Origin: Bacilli bacterium
Lineage (GTDB): Bacteria > Bacillota_I > Bacilli_A > RF39 > UBA660
Assembly: GCA_017433415.1 (NCBI GenBank)
Contig: JAFRHI010000016.1
Coordinates: 2,684-66,683 of the forward strand
DNA length: 64,000 nucleotides
Reading direction: 5' to 3'
A model generated the notes under the pieces. It had not been told where the DNA came from. It was given only the letters and a program-made list of their open reading frames with translations, and searched no databases. The translations under genes were made by a program, and so were the position numbers. Each line of letters opens with the position of its first letter. The stretch's first letter is position 1. This document shows positions 20,914-30,581 of this stretch, piece by piece.

Positions 20914-21582
20914 CTAATAATCTTCATAGTAATTTATTATTTTTTCATATGTTCCATCTTTTTTTATCTTATCCCATTCTTTTTTGTATATAGATTTTGC
21001 ATATTCTTTATTTAAATATTCTTTTTGAAATCTATCTCTTCTTTCAACTAACATAGGATTATTAGTCCAAAGATTAAATTTACCATTATCATTCAATCTT
21101 TTACACATATAACTATAACAATTATCAAAATGCTCTTCGAAGTTATAATTAGGATAATGCTTTATTGAAGTTGATATTTGCCTTTTAACTAATAGTTTTA
21201 TATCAAAATCTCTATCAGAATCAGATACACACTCTCCATAAAAATTCCTTGGTCTTGTTTTTCTAGAGCCTCTATGATCTTCTATAGCTTCCTTCATTGT
21301 GATTAATTGTTCTTCACTAAAATGTTTTTTTAATTCCTGATCATTTATTAATATTTTACCTGATTCATATTCATGATTTTCGCGGTCTATACCTAAACCA
21401 GAATCATGATAGCTTGCTATTGTATATGCCATATTACAATCCAAATCATAATAATCTGCTAGCATTAACATATTTTCAATAACATTATTAATGTGTATCA
21501 TTCCATGAGAATAGAATCTATCGTATTTTGGGAAAATGTTTTCTTCTATATACTTCTTTAATTCTTGATTAATTCCTTTCAT
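20914..21582 (-). CDS. HD-domain phosphohydrolase (paralog 2)
   Basis: HGMIHIN ... SYHDSGL. It is a paralog of 17211-17882 with an identical 3' flank TAGTATATAGCACTTGTTCCTAAT. Confidence 0.75.
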   Translation of the reverse strand: MKGINQELKKYIEENIFPKYDRFYSHGMIHINNVIENMLMLADYYDLDCNMAYTIASYHDSGLGIDRENHEYESGKILINDQELKKHFSEEQLITMKEAIEDHRGSRKTRPRNFYGECVSDSDRDFDIKLLVKRQISTSIKHYPNYNFEEHFDNCYSYMCKRLNDNGKFNLWTNNPMLVERRDRFQKEYLNKEYAKSIYKKEWDKIKKDGTYEKIINYYEDY

Positions 21583-21755
21583 ATTTATCTCCTCTCTAAT
21601 ATACAGACACTCTCACAATGGGTGGTCACCTATTCAGGAATAGGTCATTCAACCATGTTTCATATTTAAAAATATGTTCCTATACACAAAACTACCAGGG
21701 TTGATTGCGCATTAGGAATAAATCGATTTATTATTTAATATATTTAAATATTATT

Positions 21756-22298
21756 CTATTCTTTTAACCATACTGCATAAGGTTCAACTAAATCTGCTAC
21801 AAGTACCTTTATTTCTTCATCATTACTATCTTCATTATATTTAGCAAAGCATTTGTTAACTTTAAATTTTAAATGTTCTCTTAATACTTTGCCATTATTT
21901 TTTCCACCTACTACCACAAAATCATTCAATTTGAAATTATCATATTCCCTTATATTTTTTGCAACAAATGAAAATTGAGCTCCTTGCAGTTGGACTGGAC
22001 TTTTAAACTTTTTATAATTAATATTATCATCCGAATATTCGTTTATGAATCCAATATTAGAATTATAAGAACTTTTAGTTTCTATCAAAACCAGTTTAGG
22101 AGAATTACCATTTAATATGGATTCTTTGCAAAAATTTTGTACCCGATTTGGTCTACAAAACACCCCTGAATAACCCCAATAATGAACCCCATTACCAATT
22201 TCCTCTTTATTTTTTGATTCTATAATTTTATCTAACGACATATCATTGTGTGGCCCAACTTTCATTACAATTATATCTTCAAGTTTTTCCAATATCAT
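21756..22298 (-). CDS. hypothetical protein
   Basis: ORF preceded by the GTTTTAGAAAGG-type leader; no motif recognised. Confidence 0.4.
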   Translation of the reverse strand: MILEKLEDIIVMKVGPHNDMSLDKIIESKNKEEIGNGVHYWGYSGVFCRPNRVQNFCKESILNGNSPKLVLIETKSSYNSNIGFINEYSDDNINYKKFKSPVQLQGAQFSFVAKNIREYDNFKLNDFVVVGGKNNGKVLREHLKFKVNKCFAKYNEDSNDEEIKVLVADLVEPYAVWLKE

Positions 22299-22454
22299 AA
22301 TTTAATTCCTTTCTAAAACACAAATAGACTCAACATGGCTAGACCGCGGGTTTTTGCTATGTCATTTTTACCATGATCATGGGTTTTTGCATGGATATTA
22401 CCAACGAACTTCCAACCTTGTATGTGGGTTATTTGCATAGTCATTGTATTTTTA

Positions 22455-22979
22455 TTAATTCATATAATCAAGAACTTTATTGCAATATTTTATAGCCTCT
22501 ACCATTTCTTTATTATTAAAAATTTCATTATATTTTTTCTTATCTACAAATATAACTTCTGATACTTCTGATTCTTGCATTTTTAATGTTTTTATATCAA
22601 TATCTTTTTGAACTAAAAATAGATATGTATAATGATTAATAAATGTATCTTTATCTAATTTCACTTTATTTAAATACGTATCAATTAACTTAAGTTCTTC
22701 TATTTCAACTTTGATTCCTGTTTCTTCAAATAGTTCTCTTACGGCTGCTTGTTCAGGAGTCTCATCAATATCTATATGACCAGCGCCAGATAAGTCCCAC
22801 TTATTTGGTTCATTTTTTTTATTTGCCGATCTTTTTTGAATCAATAATTTTCCATCTTTATCAATTAAAGCAATAGCACTTATTCCATGACATATACCTT
22901 CTTTATGAGCAATTGTCTTATTAATTCTTTTATATGTTTCTTTTCCATCTTCAGTTAATATTTCTACTATTTCATCCAT
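22455..22979 (-). CDS. NUDIX hydrolase (Idi/ADP-ribose pyrophosphatase-like)
   Basis: Nudix box SGAGHIDIDETPEQAAVRELFEETGI. Confidence 0.75.
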   Translation of the reverse strand: MDEIVEILTEDGKETYKRINKTIAHKEGICHGISAIALIDKDGKLLIQKRSANKKNEPNKWDLSGAGHIDIDETPEQAAVRELFEETGIKVEIEELKLIDTYLNKVKLDKDTFINHYTYLFLVQKDIDIKTLKMQESEVSEVIFVDKKKYNEIFNNKEMVEAIKYCNKVLDYMN

Positions 22980-23117
22980 AAACTTATCCTTCTATTTTCT
23001 TTCTAAAACTGTGATACTTTCGCAATGCCGTGTTCGTTAATTATAAATAGTTGCTTTTTATATGTTTGGGTATAACTGACTACTTCATAATAAACACTCT
23101 TGATAGTTGACTGCTTA

Positions 23118-24305
23118 TTATGTATAATTCTTATTTTTTAATTTTATAAGTAATCTTGAATATATTAGTATTACTATAGTCACTATGAGTAATAAAAATT
23201 TAAATATCATTATGTTATTAAATAGACTTATAATAAATAGTGCTGTATATCCAATAATTCTAGTAATATTTAAGACTACTTCGCATACAACTTGATGCTC
23301 CACTATATAATCTTTTTTTATCTTTTTATCTTCTTCTACTATTTCATATCTTTGTGTATCTCCAGTATTGCTTAATATTACCAAAAATAAAGCTGTACAT
23401 ACATTGTATACTACAATGGTTGGCTTACTAATATTTATAAATAATAACAATACACTTAGTATCATCATTATATTACATATCTTTAATATTAAACTACTAC
23501 TTTTCAATTTATATTGAAATATATATACTGATAAAATTGAACATATTGATGTAAAAGTGGTAATAACTCCTAAACTAATAGTCGTTTTAAATGTCATAAC
23601 TGTTACAATTACAATTAGTGTTTCTAATAAATAGTTAACTATTCCATCGCATATACATATTTTATATATTGTTTTAAATTTATCGTTACTTTTTACCAAA
23701 TTTACATATTCTTTTAAACTATATTGCTTATCATATGTTTTTGCTTTATCTTCAATAAATAACGAGAATATAAATTGAGTTATAGAAAGCAAAATTATTA
23801 TTTTTGCAACATATGAAAACGATGTTAATTCTATTGAAACACCAAATATAATTGGAAAAAATATTTTTAGTATTTTACTAATTATTGATTTAAATGAAAT
23901 AAATTTGTTTGTATTGTTTTTAGTATGTTCATTTACAAGAGGATGAGCGGCACTCCATATTAATCCTTGTACAATTCCATAAAAGAAACCTAGCGGTGCA
24001 AAATATATCACTATTTTTTCTTTTAATAGTGCTATCATTAATATATATAAACAATATGTAATTATTCCACTTCTAAATACCCACAATTGATTTTTATTTT
24101 TAATTATTTTCCCAAACACTAAAAATGTTAGCATTATTGCAATAAATGATAATGAATAATAAATTGATATTAATTTATAATCATAATTTGTAAGTGTAAT
24201 AAAATATGCAACCATAAAAGTATTTAAAAACATATATAAAATGTTATTTATTAATAATGTTCCCATTAATCCTATTGCACTTTTACTTAATTTTTCTTCC
24301 TTCAT
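23118..24305 (-). CDS. MFS-type transporter
   Basis: Twelve predicted TM helices in a 6+6 arrangement. Confidence 0.6.
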   Translation of the reverse strand: MKEEKLSKSAIGLMGTLLINNILYMFLNTFMVAYFITLTNYDYKLISIYYSLSFIAIMLTFLVFGKIIKNKNQLWVFRSGIITYCLYILMIALLKEKIVIYFAPLGFFYGIVQGLIWSAAHPLVNEHTKNNTNKFISFKSIISKILKIFFPIIFGVSIELTSFSYVAKIIILLSITQFIFSLFIEDKAKTYDKQYSLKEYVNLVKSNDKFKTIYKICICDGIVNYLLETLIVIVTVMTFKTTISLGVITTFTSICSILSVYIFQYKLKSSSLILKICNIMMILSVLLLFINISKPTIVVYNVCTALFLVILSNTGDTQRYEIVEEDKKIKKDYIVEHQVVCEVVLNITRIIGYTALFIISLFNNIMIFKFLLLIVTIVILIYSRLLIKLKNKNYT

Positions 24306-24499
24306 TTGTTTCTCCTTATCTTATTTATTAATTAAATATAATCCAATTATACACCTTATACCACCAATATGGTATGTGGAAACATATTATCCACAAACAA
24401 CCTTTTTATAATTTTAAACTAATCATTATAAATGTTTGCTATCTATATGATATTTTTAAACACCTACTGAACAGTTGATTTCCGTTGAAATATAAGGCT

Positions 24500-25684
24500 T
24501 TATTTAGAGTTTAGAACGCACACACATTCCACATGATATGTTCTAGGGAACATATTAAATGGTTTAATATAATTTATATTATAGGAAGTATTTAGATCTT
24601 TTAAATCACGCATTAAAGTCATTATATCACACGATACATAAATTATAGTCTTACTATCCAATTCTTTTAAAATCTCTCTTGTATGGGCATCTAAACCACT
24701 TCTAGGAGGGTCTACTACTATTAAATCTATATCTTTAAAAGCTTCTATTCTATTTTCTACTTTATCACAGATAAACTTTATATTATTACATTTATTTAAT
24801 TCTATATTTTTATTAGCGTCTTCTATATTTGATTTATTATAATCTATTCCTATTATTTCTTTACAGTAGTCAGATATATATATACCAATTGTTCCAGTTC
24901 CACAATATAAATCTAATACTCTATTGGGTTTTATTTTTTTTACAGTATTTCTTACTTCATCATATAATGAGCTTGTTAAGAATCTATTTACTTGGAAGAA
25001 TGATTTACTAGACACATAATACTTTTTATCATTAATAGGACTAATAATTGATTTATCATTACTTAATAATTTGTTGTTTACTATTAATACATTAGCTATA
25101 TTTAATAATTTATCATGATTAGTAATTTCTCCTTTTATATCTACTAAGATATTTGTTAAATCATTACTTGTTTTAATTGTTACTTCTTCAATATTATCTT
25201 CTTTTACTTGTTCTATTATTTCATTTATTTTATCGTTTACTAATAGACATTTATTAATAGGAATAATCTCATTAGAGTGTTTTTTATATTGACCTAATAC
25301 TTTGCTTTTACCATGAAGAACTATTTTATTACGATAGGTATTTTCTTTTGAAAAGGATATTTCTTTTATTTCTATATCTTCATTTAAATACTTTTTTACT
25401 AATTCTTTTACCTTAGTATATTTAAATTCATTTTCTTTTGAATAATCTAAGTGATTTAGATCACATCCACCACATTCATTTGAATAAGGGCAAAGGGGTT
25501 TAATTCGATCATTTGATTTTTTTATTATTTTTAATACTTGAGCTTCTTTGTATTTCTTTTTTTCATTTATTATTTCTATATCAACTATTTCTCCTGGTAG
25601 AGCATTTTCTACAAAGACAATTTTTTCATCTATATAGGTTATTCCTCGTCCAAAATTATCTAATTTTTCAATTGTTACTTCCAT
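24500..25684 (-). CDS. rlmD: 23S rRNA (uracil-C5)-methyltransferase, RumA/RlmD family
   Basis: N-terminal TRAM domain; Cys cluster CPYSNECGGCDLNHL plus a downstream Cys; SAM motif LDLYCGTGTIG; catalytic DPPRSG and a C-terminal Cys. Confidence 0.85.
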   Translation of the reverse strand: MEVTIEKLDNFGRGITYIDEKIVFVENALPGEIVDIEIINEKKKYKEAQVLKIIKKSNDRIKPLCPYSNECGGCDLNHLDYSKENEFKYTKVKELVKKYLNEDIEIKEISFSKENTYRNKIVLHGKSKVLGQYKKHSNEIIPINKCLLVNDKINEIIEQVKEDNIEEVTIKTSNDLTNILVDIKGEITNHDKLLNIANVLIVNNKLLSNDKSIISPINDKKYYVSSKSFFQVNRFLTSSLYDEVRNTVKKIKPNRVLDLYCGTGTIGIYISDYCKEIIGIDYNKSNIEDANKNIELNKCNNIKFICDKVENRIEAFKDIDLIVVDPPRSGLDAHTREILKELDSKTIIYVSCDIMTLMRDLKDLNTSYNINYIKPFNMFPRTYHVECVCVLNSK

Positions 25685-25744
25685 AATATTTACCTCTTAT
25701 TAATTATAACATACATATAAATTAATTATCAAAACATAATAATA

Positions 25745-27139
25745 ATGGTGATTTATGTGGTTAGTATGAGAATAAAAAAAGAACTTGAACCTTCTAATGA
25801 TTATATATTTGATAAAATTACTATTGATAATAAAAGAATTGAATTAATATATAATGAAGTTTTAGCAGATAGTAAAAGTATAAATGATTTTGTTTTATTG
25901 AGATTAATTAGGTTAGATAGAAAAAAACTTAATAATTTAGAAAATAATATTCCTAGTTGTAATATATTAATTATTAATGAAGAAGATATAATTGATTATT
26001 TGAATAATGGTTTTTTAATTATTATTTATAAAAAGATATATGCTTGTGAGTTAAAATCTAATCTAGATCGTGGTGTTAGTATTGTTCAAAGTGAATTGTC
26101 TTTAGGTGGGGCGAAGGATAGTTTTTCAGAAATTTATAATACTAATTTAGGACTTATTAGAAGACGAATTAAAAGTAAGTATTTAAAAGTATGTAATTTA
26201 GATATTGGTATATATACAAAGACAAAGATTGGTATTCTATATATTGATAATATTTGTAATAAAAAGCTAGTTAATTCTATTGAAAATAACTTAAACAGAA
26301 TTGATATTGATGGGATAATTGATTCTAGTTATTTGAAATATGCTTTGGAAGGAAAAAACAATTTTTTCCCAACGATTATTATGACAGAGAGACCTGATAA
26401 GTGTAGTATGGCATTACTTGAAGGAAAAGTTGTAGTTATTGTTGATAATAGTCCTTATGCTTTAATACTTCCTAGTTTTTTTATTGATTTTTTTCATACT
26501 CCTGATGACTATTATCAGAAGTCTTTTAATGCTACTTTTATTAGGATTATAAGATTAATAGCTTTTTTTATTGCTATATTTACTCCTGCGCTTTATATTT
26601 CAGTTACAACGAGAAATTATAACTTAGTTCCATTAAAACTACTTTTAATGTTAAAAGCAGGAAGAACATTTGTCCCCTTCCCTGCTTATATTGAAGCTTT
26701 ATTTATGATTGTTTGTTTTGAAATACTTAAAGAGTCTGATATTAGAATGTCTTCAACTAGTGGATCAGCTATTTCAATACTTGGTGGTTTAATATTAGGA
26801 GATGCAGCAGTGGCAGCTGGTATTGTTTCCCCGATTATGATAATAATTATTGCGATATCATCTATCGCAGGATTAATTTTTAATTCAATTGAACTTGTCA
26901 ATACATTAAGGATTTATAAGATTATTCTTTTAATTCTTGGAACAATACTAGGTATATATGGTGTTATTATTGGTACTATTATTCTTGTTTATAATATTTG
27001 TACTACTGAGATATTTGGTTATCACTATTTATTGTTTGATAAAAATGAACTTAAAGATTCATTTGTAAAAATAGATACTAATGTAAAATATAGAAATTCT
27101 AAATTAACTAAGAATGTTATTAGAGGTAGATATAAATGA
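25745..27139 (+). CDS. spore germination protein, GerA family A-subunit-like (GerAA/SpoVAF-like)
   Basis: RPDKCSMALLEGKVVVIVDNSPYALILP...FFHTPDDYY is typical of the GerAA/SpoVAF soluble domain, with five C-terminal TMs. Confidence 0.8.
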   Translation: MVIYVVSMRIKKELEPSNDYIFDKITIDNKRIELIYNEVLADSKSINDFVLLRLIRLDRKKLNNLENNIPSCNILIINEEDIIDYLNNGFLIIIYKKIYACELKSNLDRGVSIVQSELSLGGAKDSFSEIYNTNLGLIRRRIKSKYLKVCNLDIGIYTKTKIGILYIDNICNKKLVNSIENNLNRIDIDGIIDSSYLKYALEGKNNFFPTIIMTERPDKCSMALLEGKVVVIVDNSPYALILPSFFIDFFHTPDDYYQKSFNATFIRIIRLIAFFIAIFTPALYISVTTRNYNLVPLKLLLMLKAGRTFVPFPAYIEALFMIVCFEILKESDIRMSSTSGSAISILGGLILGDAAVAAGIVSPIMIIIIAISSIAGLIFNSIELVNTLRIYKIILLILGTILGIYGVIIGTIILVYNICTTEIFGYHYLLFDKNELKDSFVKIDTNVKYRNSKLTKNVIRGRYK

Positions 27140-27534
27140 AAAAGATATTTTTATTAATTTTAATATTTACTTTATTTTCTTTTATTATTAAAATACCAAA
27201 TTATATTGAATTAAATAACTTAGTTATTGTTGAAGGTATTGGTCTTGAGTGTAATAATGATAAATATACTTTATATTTAAAAGAAATTATTCCAATAAAA
27301 GGTGATAATGGCGTAACTTATAAATATAAATATTATGAAAATGAGGCTGAAAATATTGATGATGCAAATAAAAATATAATTAATGATTATTCTAATAAGA
27401 AATTCTTTTATGAAGATACTAAATATGTTATTACGAATTGTAAAACTAGTAATGAAATAACTGATTATTTTAGGATAAAACCTAAGTATATAAAACATGT
27501 AGATAATAATATACTAGTGGCTTTAAAAAAATAA
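27136..27534 (+). CDS. small secreted/lipoprotein-like protein co-transcribed with the GerA-family gene
   Basis: Signal or TM sequence MKKIFLLILIFTLFSFIIK. Start overlaps the upstream stop (ATGA). Too short for GerAC. Confidence 0.4.
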   Translation: MKKIFLLILIFTLFSFIIKIPNYIELNNLVIVEGIGLECNNDKYTLYLKEIIPIKGDNGVTYKYKYYENEAENIDDANKNIINDYSNKKFFYEDTKYVITNCKTSNEITDYFRIKPKYIKHVDNNILVALKK

Positions 27535-27560
27535 AAACTGCAAAAGTGCAGTTTTTTATT
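27530..27560. terminator. bidirectional rho-independent terminator
   Basis: AAAAACTGCAAAAGTGCAGTTTTTT is a 6-7 bp stem flanked by A and T tracts, sitting between the convergent + and - strand genes. Confidence 0.6.
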
Positions 27561-29289
27561 TTAATTTTAGACCAACATCATCAAGTTGCATTTGATCTAC
27601 TGTATTTGGACATTCGCTCATTAAGTCAGATGCTGAAGCTGTTTTAGGGAATGCTATTACATCTCTGATATTATCTGTTCCGGCTAATAGCATTGTTAAT
27701 CTATCTAAGCCAAGAGCAAATCCTCCATGTGGTGGGCATCCATACTTTAATGCTTCTACAAAGAAGCCAAATTTTGATTCAATTTTTTCTTCCGTAAGTT
27801 CTAAAGCCTTAAACATAGTTTCTTGAACTTTTTCATCATGAATACGTATTGAACCGCCTCCTGCTTCATAACCATTGATTACAATGTCATAAGCTTTTGA
27901 ATAGCAATTTGCTTTATCTGTTAATAATTTATCAACATCTTCATCTTTTGGCATTGTAAATGGGTGATGACACGCCATAAAACGATTTTCTTCTTCGCTC
28001 CATTCAAATGATGGAAAATCGGTTACCCATAGTAATTTATAATCATTTTTATCAATTAATTCTAATTCTTTAGCTAATTTGCATCTTAAAGCTCCTAATG
28101 ATGCTTTAACAATATTTCTTTTACCACTTACTATTAATACTAAATCTCTGGCTTCTATTTCTAATACTTTCTTTAATTCTTCTATTTCTGCTTCTTTCAT
28201 GGCTTTAAAAATTGAACCTGATATTTCATCTTGAAATTTTAAATATGCAAGACCTGTTGCTTTATATGTTTTTACGAATTCAGTTAATTTATCAAGGTCT
28301 TTTCTAGAATACTTATCAGCAGCATTTTTAACAACAATGGCATTAATAATTCCTTTTTCTTCATATACATTCTTAAAAACAGTAAAATCAGTTTCTTTAA
28401 AAACTTCTGTAATGTCTTTTATTTCCATTCCAAAACGTAAATCTGGTTTGTCAGAACCATATTTATCAATGGCTTCATCATATTTCATTCGCATTAATGG
28501 TAATTTAATATCTATTCCTTTTGTTTCTTTAAATATGCTTGCTACTAACTGTTCCCCTACTTCCATTACTCCTTCTTCATCTACAAATGACATTTCTACG
28601 TCAATTTGGGTAAATTCTGGTTGACGATCGGCTCTTAAATCTTCATCTCTGAAACATTTAGCAATTTGATAATATCTTTCTACACCTGAAACCATTAATA
28701 GTTGTTTGAAAATTTGAGGTGACTGTGGTAAGGCATAAAATTTTCCTTTATTAACACGGCTTGGTACTAAATAGTCTCTTGCTCCTTCTGGTGTGCTTTT
28801 ACATAATATTGGTGTTTCAACTTCTAAAAAATCTAGACTATTAAAAAACTTTCTAGCTGCAAAAGTAATATTATTACGTAAAACTAAAATGTTTTTTAAA
28901 TTATCTCTCCTTAAATCTAAATAGCGATATTTTAATCTTGTGTCTTCTAAGGCTGTAGTATCATCAGTAATTGTAAATGGTAAATCTTTTGATTTATTAA
29001 TTAATTCAAGGTTAGTTAAATCTATTTCTATTTCACCACTAGCTAAGTTTAAGTTTTTACTTTCTCTTTCTACAATTATACCTTGAACACGAATAACATA
29101 TTCACTTTTTAATTCACTAGCAAGATTGTAAAATTCGTTTTCTGGTCTAACAACCACTTGTACTATTCCAGATCTGTTTCTTAAATCAATGAAAATAAGG
29201 CCTCCAAGATTTCTAGCTCTAGCAACCCAACCATATAACTCTACTTTTTCACCTACATTTTTTAAATTATAATATTTGTATTTTTCCAT
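27556..29289 (-). CDS. aspS: aspartate--tRNA ligase
   Basis: Class II aaRS motifs (FRDEDLRADRQPEFTQID, GGGSIRIH, GLDRL) and an N-terminal anticodon-binding OB fold; 577 aa. Confidence 0.95.
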   Translation of the reverse strand: MEKYKYYNLKNVGEKVELYGWVARARNLGGLIFIDLRNRSGIVQVVVRPENEFYNLASELKSEYVIRVQGIIVERESKNLNLASGEIEIDLTNLELINKSKDLPFTITDDTTALEDTRLKYRYLDLRRDNLKNILVLRNNITFAARKFFNSLDFLEVETPILCKSTPEGARDYLVPSRVNKGKFYALPQSPQIFKQLLMVSGVERYYQIAKCFRDEDLRADRQPEFTQIDVEMSFVDEEGVMEVGEQLVASIFKETKGIDIKLPLMRMKYDEAIDKYGSDKPDLRFGMEIKDITEVFKETDFTVFKNVYEEKGIINAIVVKNAADKYSRKDLDKLTEFVKTYKATGLAYLKFQDEISGSIFKAMKEAEIEELKKVLEIEARDLVLIVSGKRNIVKASLGALRCKLAKELELIDKNDYKLLWVTDFPSFEWSEEENRFMACHHPFTMPKDEDVDKLLTDKANCYSKAYDIVINGYEAGGGSIRIHDEKVQETMFKALELTEEKIESKFGFFVEALKYGCPPHGGFALGLDRLTMLLAGTDNIRDVIAFPKTASASDLMSECPNTVDQMQLDDVGLKLK

Positions 29290-29292
29290 ACT

Positions 29293-29490
29293 TCACTCTC
29301 CTATAATATAAAAACAGTTATCATCCTCTAAGGGACGAATAACTGTTAGATCCGCGGTACCACCCAATTTACTATTAAATAGTCACTTTTATGATAACGG
29401 TATAAACCGGATTGATTACAATCAAACTCCTAAGTGTCTTCCTTTATTTATATTTGCTAATTTTCACCGACCATTAGCTCTCTAAAAAAT
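29293..29490 (-). promoter_or_regulatory. T-box riboswitch leader (Asp specifier GAC) with terminator/antiterminator
   Basis: The minus-strand RNA contains AGAGAG...GA stem I, GGAAGACACUUAGG with a GAC codon, the T-box sequence AAAUUGGGUGGUACCGCGG, and the terminator AACAGUUAUUCGUCCCUUAGAGGAUGAUAACUGUUUUUAU. Confidence 0.85.
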
Positions 29491-29566
29491 TAAATAAAGT
29501 ACTCCTCTTAATCAACGTTTCTAGCTATATTCTAAAACTATATTTTAAATTTGTCAAATTTTATGA

Positions 29567-30526
29567 TTAATCTCCTCCATTAGTATTTGTTTTAATTGTT
29601 TCAAAATATATATTATTACCATCTGAAGTAAGAAGTATTGTTCCTTCTAGATCTGTTCGATATACTTGTGTACCAATTCTAATTAATTTGTCTAATATCA
29701 CTTTATGAGGGTGATAATGTTCATTATCTTTACCAACAGAAATAATTGCATACTTTGGATGAACTGCTTTTAGAAATTGCGCACTTGTTGAATATCTAGA
29801 ACCATGATGTCCTATTTTTAATACGTCGCTTTTTAAATCTTTATTTAGTATTTCTTTTTCTATATCCGTAGGAGCATCACCTGTGAACAAATATGAAGTG
29901 TTCTTATAATTCAATTTTAAAACTATAGAGTCCATATTTAAGTCTTCTTTATCATTACCAATGTATAATATAACAAATTTAGATTCTGCCATAGTAAAAG
30001 TTGAATCAATGTTTGGTGTTTCAAAAGCAATATTTTTTGCATCTAGAGATATTAATATTTCTTCAAATGTCTTATTATTTACTATTACATTTGGCATGTA
30101 AAAGTGTTCAATACTAAAGTTTTCAATTATATCATCCATACCACCTATATGATCTTCATGGGCATGTGTACCAATAACATATTTAAATTTCTCAACTCCA
30201 AGTGATTTAAAAAATTCAACAAGATTTTTTCCGTCTTCATTATTTCCAGCATCAATTAACATATATTCACCATTGTTTTCAATTAAGATGCTATCAGCTT
30301 CGCCAACGTCTAAAAAATATATTTTTAAATTATCAGCACTATTTATTACTTCTTTTGTTTCTTCGATTTGTTTTAAATCAATATTATCGTTTTCTGTTAA
30401 ATATATTGATTCAAATTTGTTATTATAAAGCCATGTAACTAATAATATTAGTATTAATATAATAGCTTTTCTTAATAATATTTTTTGCTCTTGTCTCATA
30501 TTGTCTCCTTTTATTAAGAATAGCAC
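29567..30526 (-). CDS. membrane-anchored MBL-fold metallo-hydrolase (ComEC C-terminal-domain-like)
   Basis: N-terminal TM, then metallo-beta-lactamase motif HAHEDHIGG and downstream GHHGS. Confidence 0.65.
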   Translation of the reverse strand: MLFLIKGDNMRQEQKILLRKAIILILILLVTWLYNNKFESIYLTENDNIDLKQIEETKEVINSADNLKIYFLDVGEADSILIENNGEYMLIDAGNNEDGKNLVEFFKSLGVEKFKYVIGTHAHEDHIGGMDDIIENFSIEHFYMPNVIVNNKTFEEILISLDAKNIAFETPNIDSTFTMAESKFVILYIGNDKEDLNMDSIVLKLNYKNTSYLFTGDAPTDIEKEILNKDLKSDVLKIGHHGSRYSTSAQFLKAVHPKYAIISVGKDNEHYHPHKVILDKLIRIGTQVYRTDLEGTILLTSDGNNIYFETIKTNTNGGD

Positions 30527-30581
30527 ATATTTTTTTTAAAATAAAGACAACAAAAAAAGAATCCATTGGATTCTTTTTCAA

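Noticed and set aside
22299-22454. Region with the repeated GGGTTTTTGC motifs (accgcgggtttttgctatg / catgggtttttgcatgg) as a possible small RNA or att site
   Set aside because: There are only two short imperfect copies and no flanking direct repeats or integrase, so the evidence is insufficient.
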